Assembly (NCBI GenBank): GCA_963722385.1
Contig: CAVRKK010000002.1
Span: forward strand, 1,024,001 to 1,088,000
Source of the DNA: an uncultured bacterium
GTDB lineage: Bacteria; Babelota; Babeliae; Babelales; Babelaceae
DNA length: 64,000 nt
Reading direction: 5' to 3'
Every line of letters begins with the position of its first letter. Positions within the stretch are counted from its first letter, which is position 1. This document shows positions 62,735 through 64,000 of this stretch, one piece after another. Position numbers and translations under genes: made by a program. Under the pieces are notes generated by a model, which saw only the letters and a list, made by a program, of their open reading frames with translations, had not been told where the DNA came from and did not search any database.

Positions 62735-63880
62735 ATGAAAGAGAATATATTATTAAGTATAGCAACATATTTACTCATCAATGTATCAATGAGTGCTGGA
62801 GTATGTGCTCTCCAATCTTACGCTGTACCGCCTGCTAGCGGTGTTGGCGCAATTCCTTATTCAGCAGCATTTTCACCGTCAGGTTTTTATTTGGCTACTG
62901 CTAATTATAGCACGAATAATGTAACCATATTTACCGTAGAATCGGGAGAGACCTTGAATGGAGGTACATCATATGCTTTACCAGCAGGCTCAACGGATCC
63001 TCAGTCAGTAGCGTTCTCGCCTAATGGCTTATATCTCGCTACTGCTAACTTTAGCTCAAAGGATGTAACGATATTTCAGGTAGGAGCAGGGGGTATTCTG
63101 AATGGAGGAACATCTTATACTTTGCCTTCTGGTTCTCAGTATCCTAATTCAGTAGCATTTTCACCCAACGGTTTATATCTTGCTACCGCTAATGAATTAG
63201 ATGTAACTATATTCCAAGTAGGGGCAGGAGGCGCACTATCAGGAGCGATTTCTTATGTTTTACCAAGCGGTTCTATTGGACCCCATTTAGCAGCTTTCTC
63301 ACCTGATGGATCATATCTTGCTACTGCTAATAGCGTTTCAAATGACGTAACGATATTTCAAATAGGAGCTGGAGGGGTATTGTCAGGAGAAAAGTCTTAC
63401 GCATTACCAAGCGGTTCTACTAGTCCAGAGGCGGTAGCATTTTCACCTAATGGATTATACCTTGCTACTGCTAATTTTTTCTCAAGTGATGTAACAGTAT
63501 TTACTGTAGGATCAGGAGGAGCTTTGAGTGGAGGAACATCATATGCATTACCAGGTTCTACCACACCAACATCAATCACATTTTCACCTAATGGATTATA
63601 CCTTGCTACTCAAAGTGCAGGTTCAAATGGTGTCTCAAATGGTGTAACATTATTTCAAGTAGGAGGAGTGCTATCGGGAGAAGATTCTTGTGCTTTACCT
63701 TCCGGTTCTGATGAGCCTTTTTCGGTAACATTTTCACCAGATAGCTCTTATATAGCTACAGCTAATAATTCATATGATGTTACGATATTTAGTATGAATT
63801 GCACATGCTCTAATTCAGGTTTAAGCTCTAGCAACGCTGCAAGCCATTTGCAAAGTTTACTTATGTATGGTTTGGATTAA
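62735..63880 (+). CDS. Signal-peptide single beta-propeller, same repeat family as 22021/26630, no TM anchor
   Basis: Seven repeats SYALPSGSxxPxxVAFSPNGLYLATANxxSxDVTIFQVGAGG; RBS GGGAGG upstream. Confidence 0.88.
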   Translation: MKENILLSIATYLLINVSMSAGVCALQSYAVPPASGVGAIPYSAAFSPSGFYLATANYSTNNVTIFTVESGETLNGGTSYALPAGSTDPQSVAFSPNGLYLATANFSSKDVTIFQVGAGGILNGGTSYTLPSGSQYPNSVAFSPNGLYLATANELDVTIFQVGAGGALSGAISYVLPSGSIGPHLAAFSPDGSYLATANSVSNDVTIFQIGAGGVLSGEKSYALPSGSTSPEAVAFSPNGLYLATANFFSSDVTVFTVGSGGALSGGTSYALPGSTTPTSITFSPNGLYLATQSAGSNGVSNGVTLFQVGGVLSGEDSCALPSGSDEPFSVTFSPDSSYIATANNSYDVTIFSMNCTCSNSGLSSSNAASHLQSLLMYGLD

Positions 63881-64000
63881 TAATGTATTAAGAATTAAGA
63901 TATAGTTGATATTAGTCTGAAGGCAGGTATAAGAATATTCATATTTGCCTTTTTATTATTTGTTAAAACTGTTTCTTAAAATACAGAGGCGCCGTTCGTA

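Overview
Bacterial chromosomal window. About 0.5-17 kb is core housekeeping: tRNA-Gly/Thr/Thr, rpmG, tRNA-Trp, secE-nusG-rplKAJL-rpoBC, tRNA-Val, rpsO-pnp-rph and a very divergent holA-like gene. The rest mixes housekeeping genes (hflX, rnpB, uppS, cysteine synthase family, cutA, cdaA/cdaR-like, yjjX, trpS) with many signal-peptide-bearing, eukaryote-like proteins. These include three tandem PI3/4K/HipA-fold kinases, ankyrin proteins, a J-domain protein, a cPLA2-type phospholipase and beta-propellers. There are also three IS elements (ISAs1, IS630, IS701-like) and an AbiE type IV TA pair. The content fits an intracellular parasite of eukaryotes such as Babeliota/Dependentiae (TM6); this taxonomy is inference only. 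Best candidates for undescribed biology: (1) a propeller family with constant leader, hypervariable 7-blade propeller and constant stalk plus TM anchor, bracketed by cassette-like repeats; (2) a secreted kinase/pseudokinase triad; (3) a secreted cPLA2-like enzyme; (4) a CdaA-like cyclase that has lost its catalytic motifs but is retained with CdaR; (5) repeated ~160-170 bp duplication scars around effector-like genes. All family calls come from motif recognition by eye; no searches were run.
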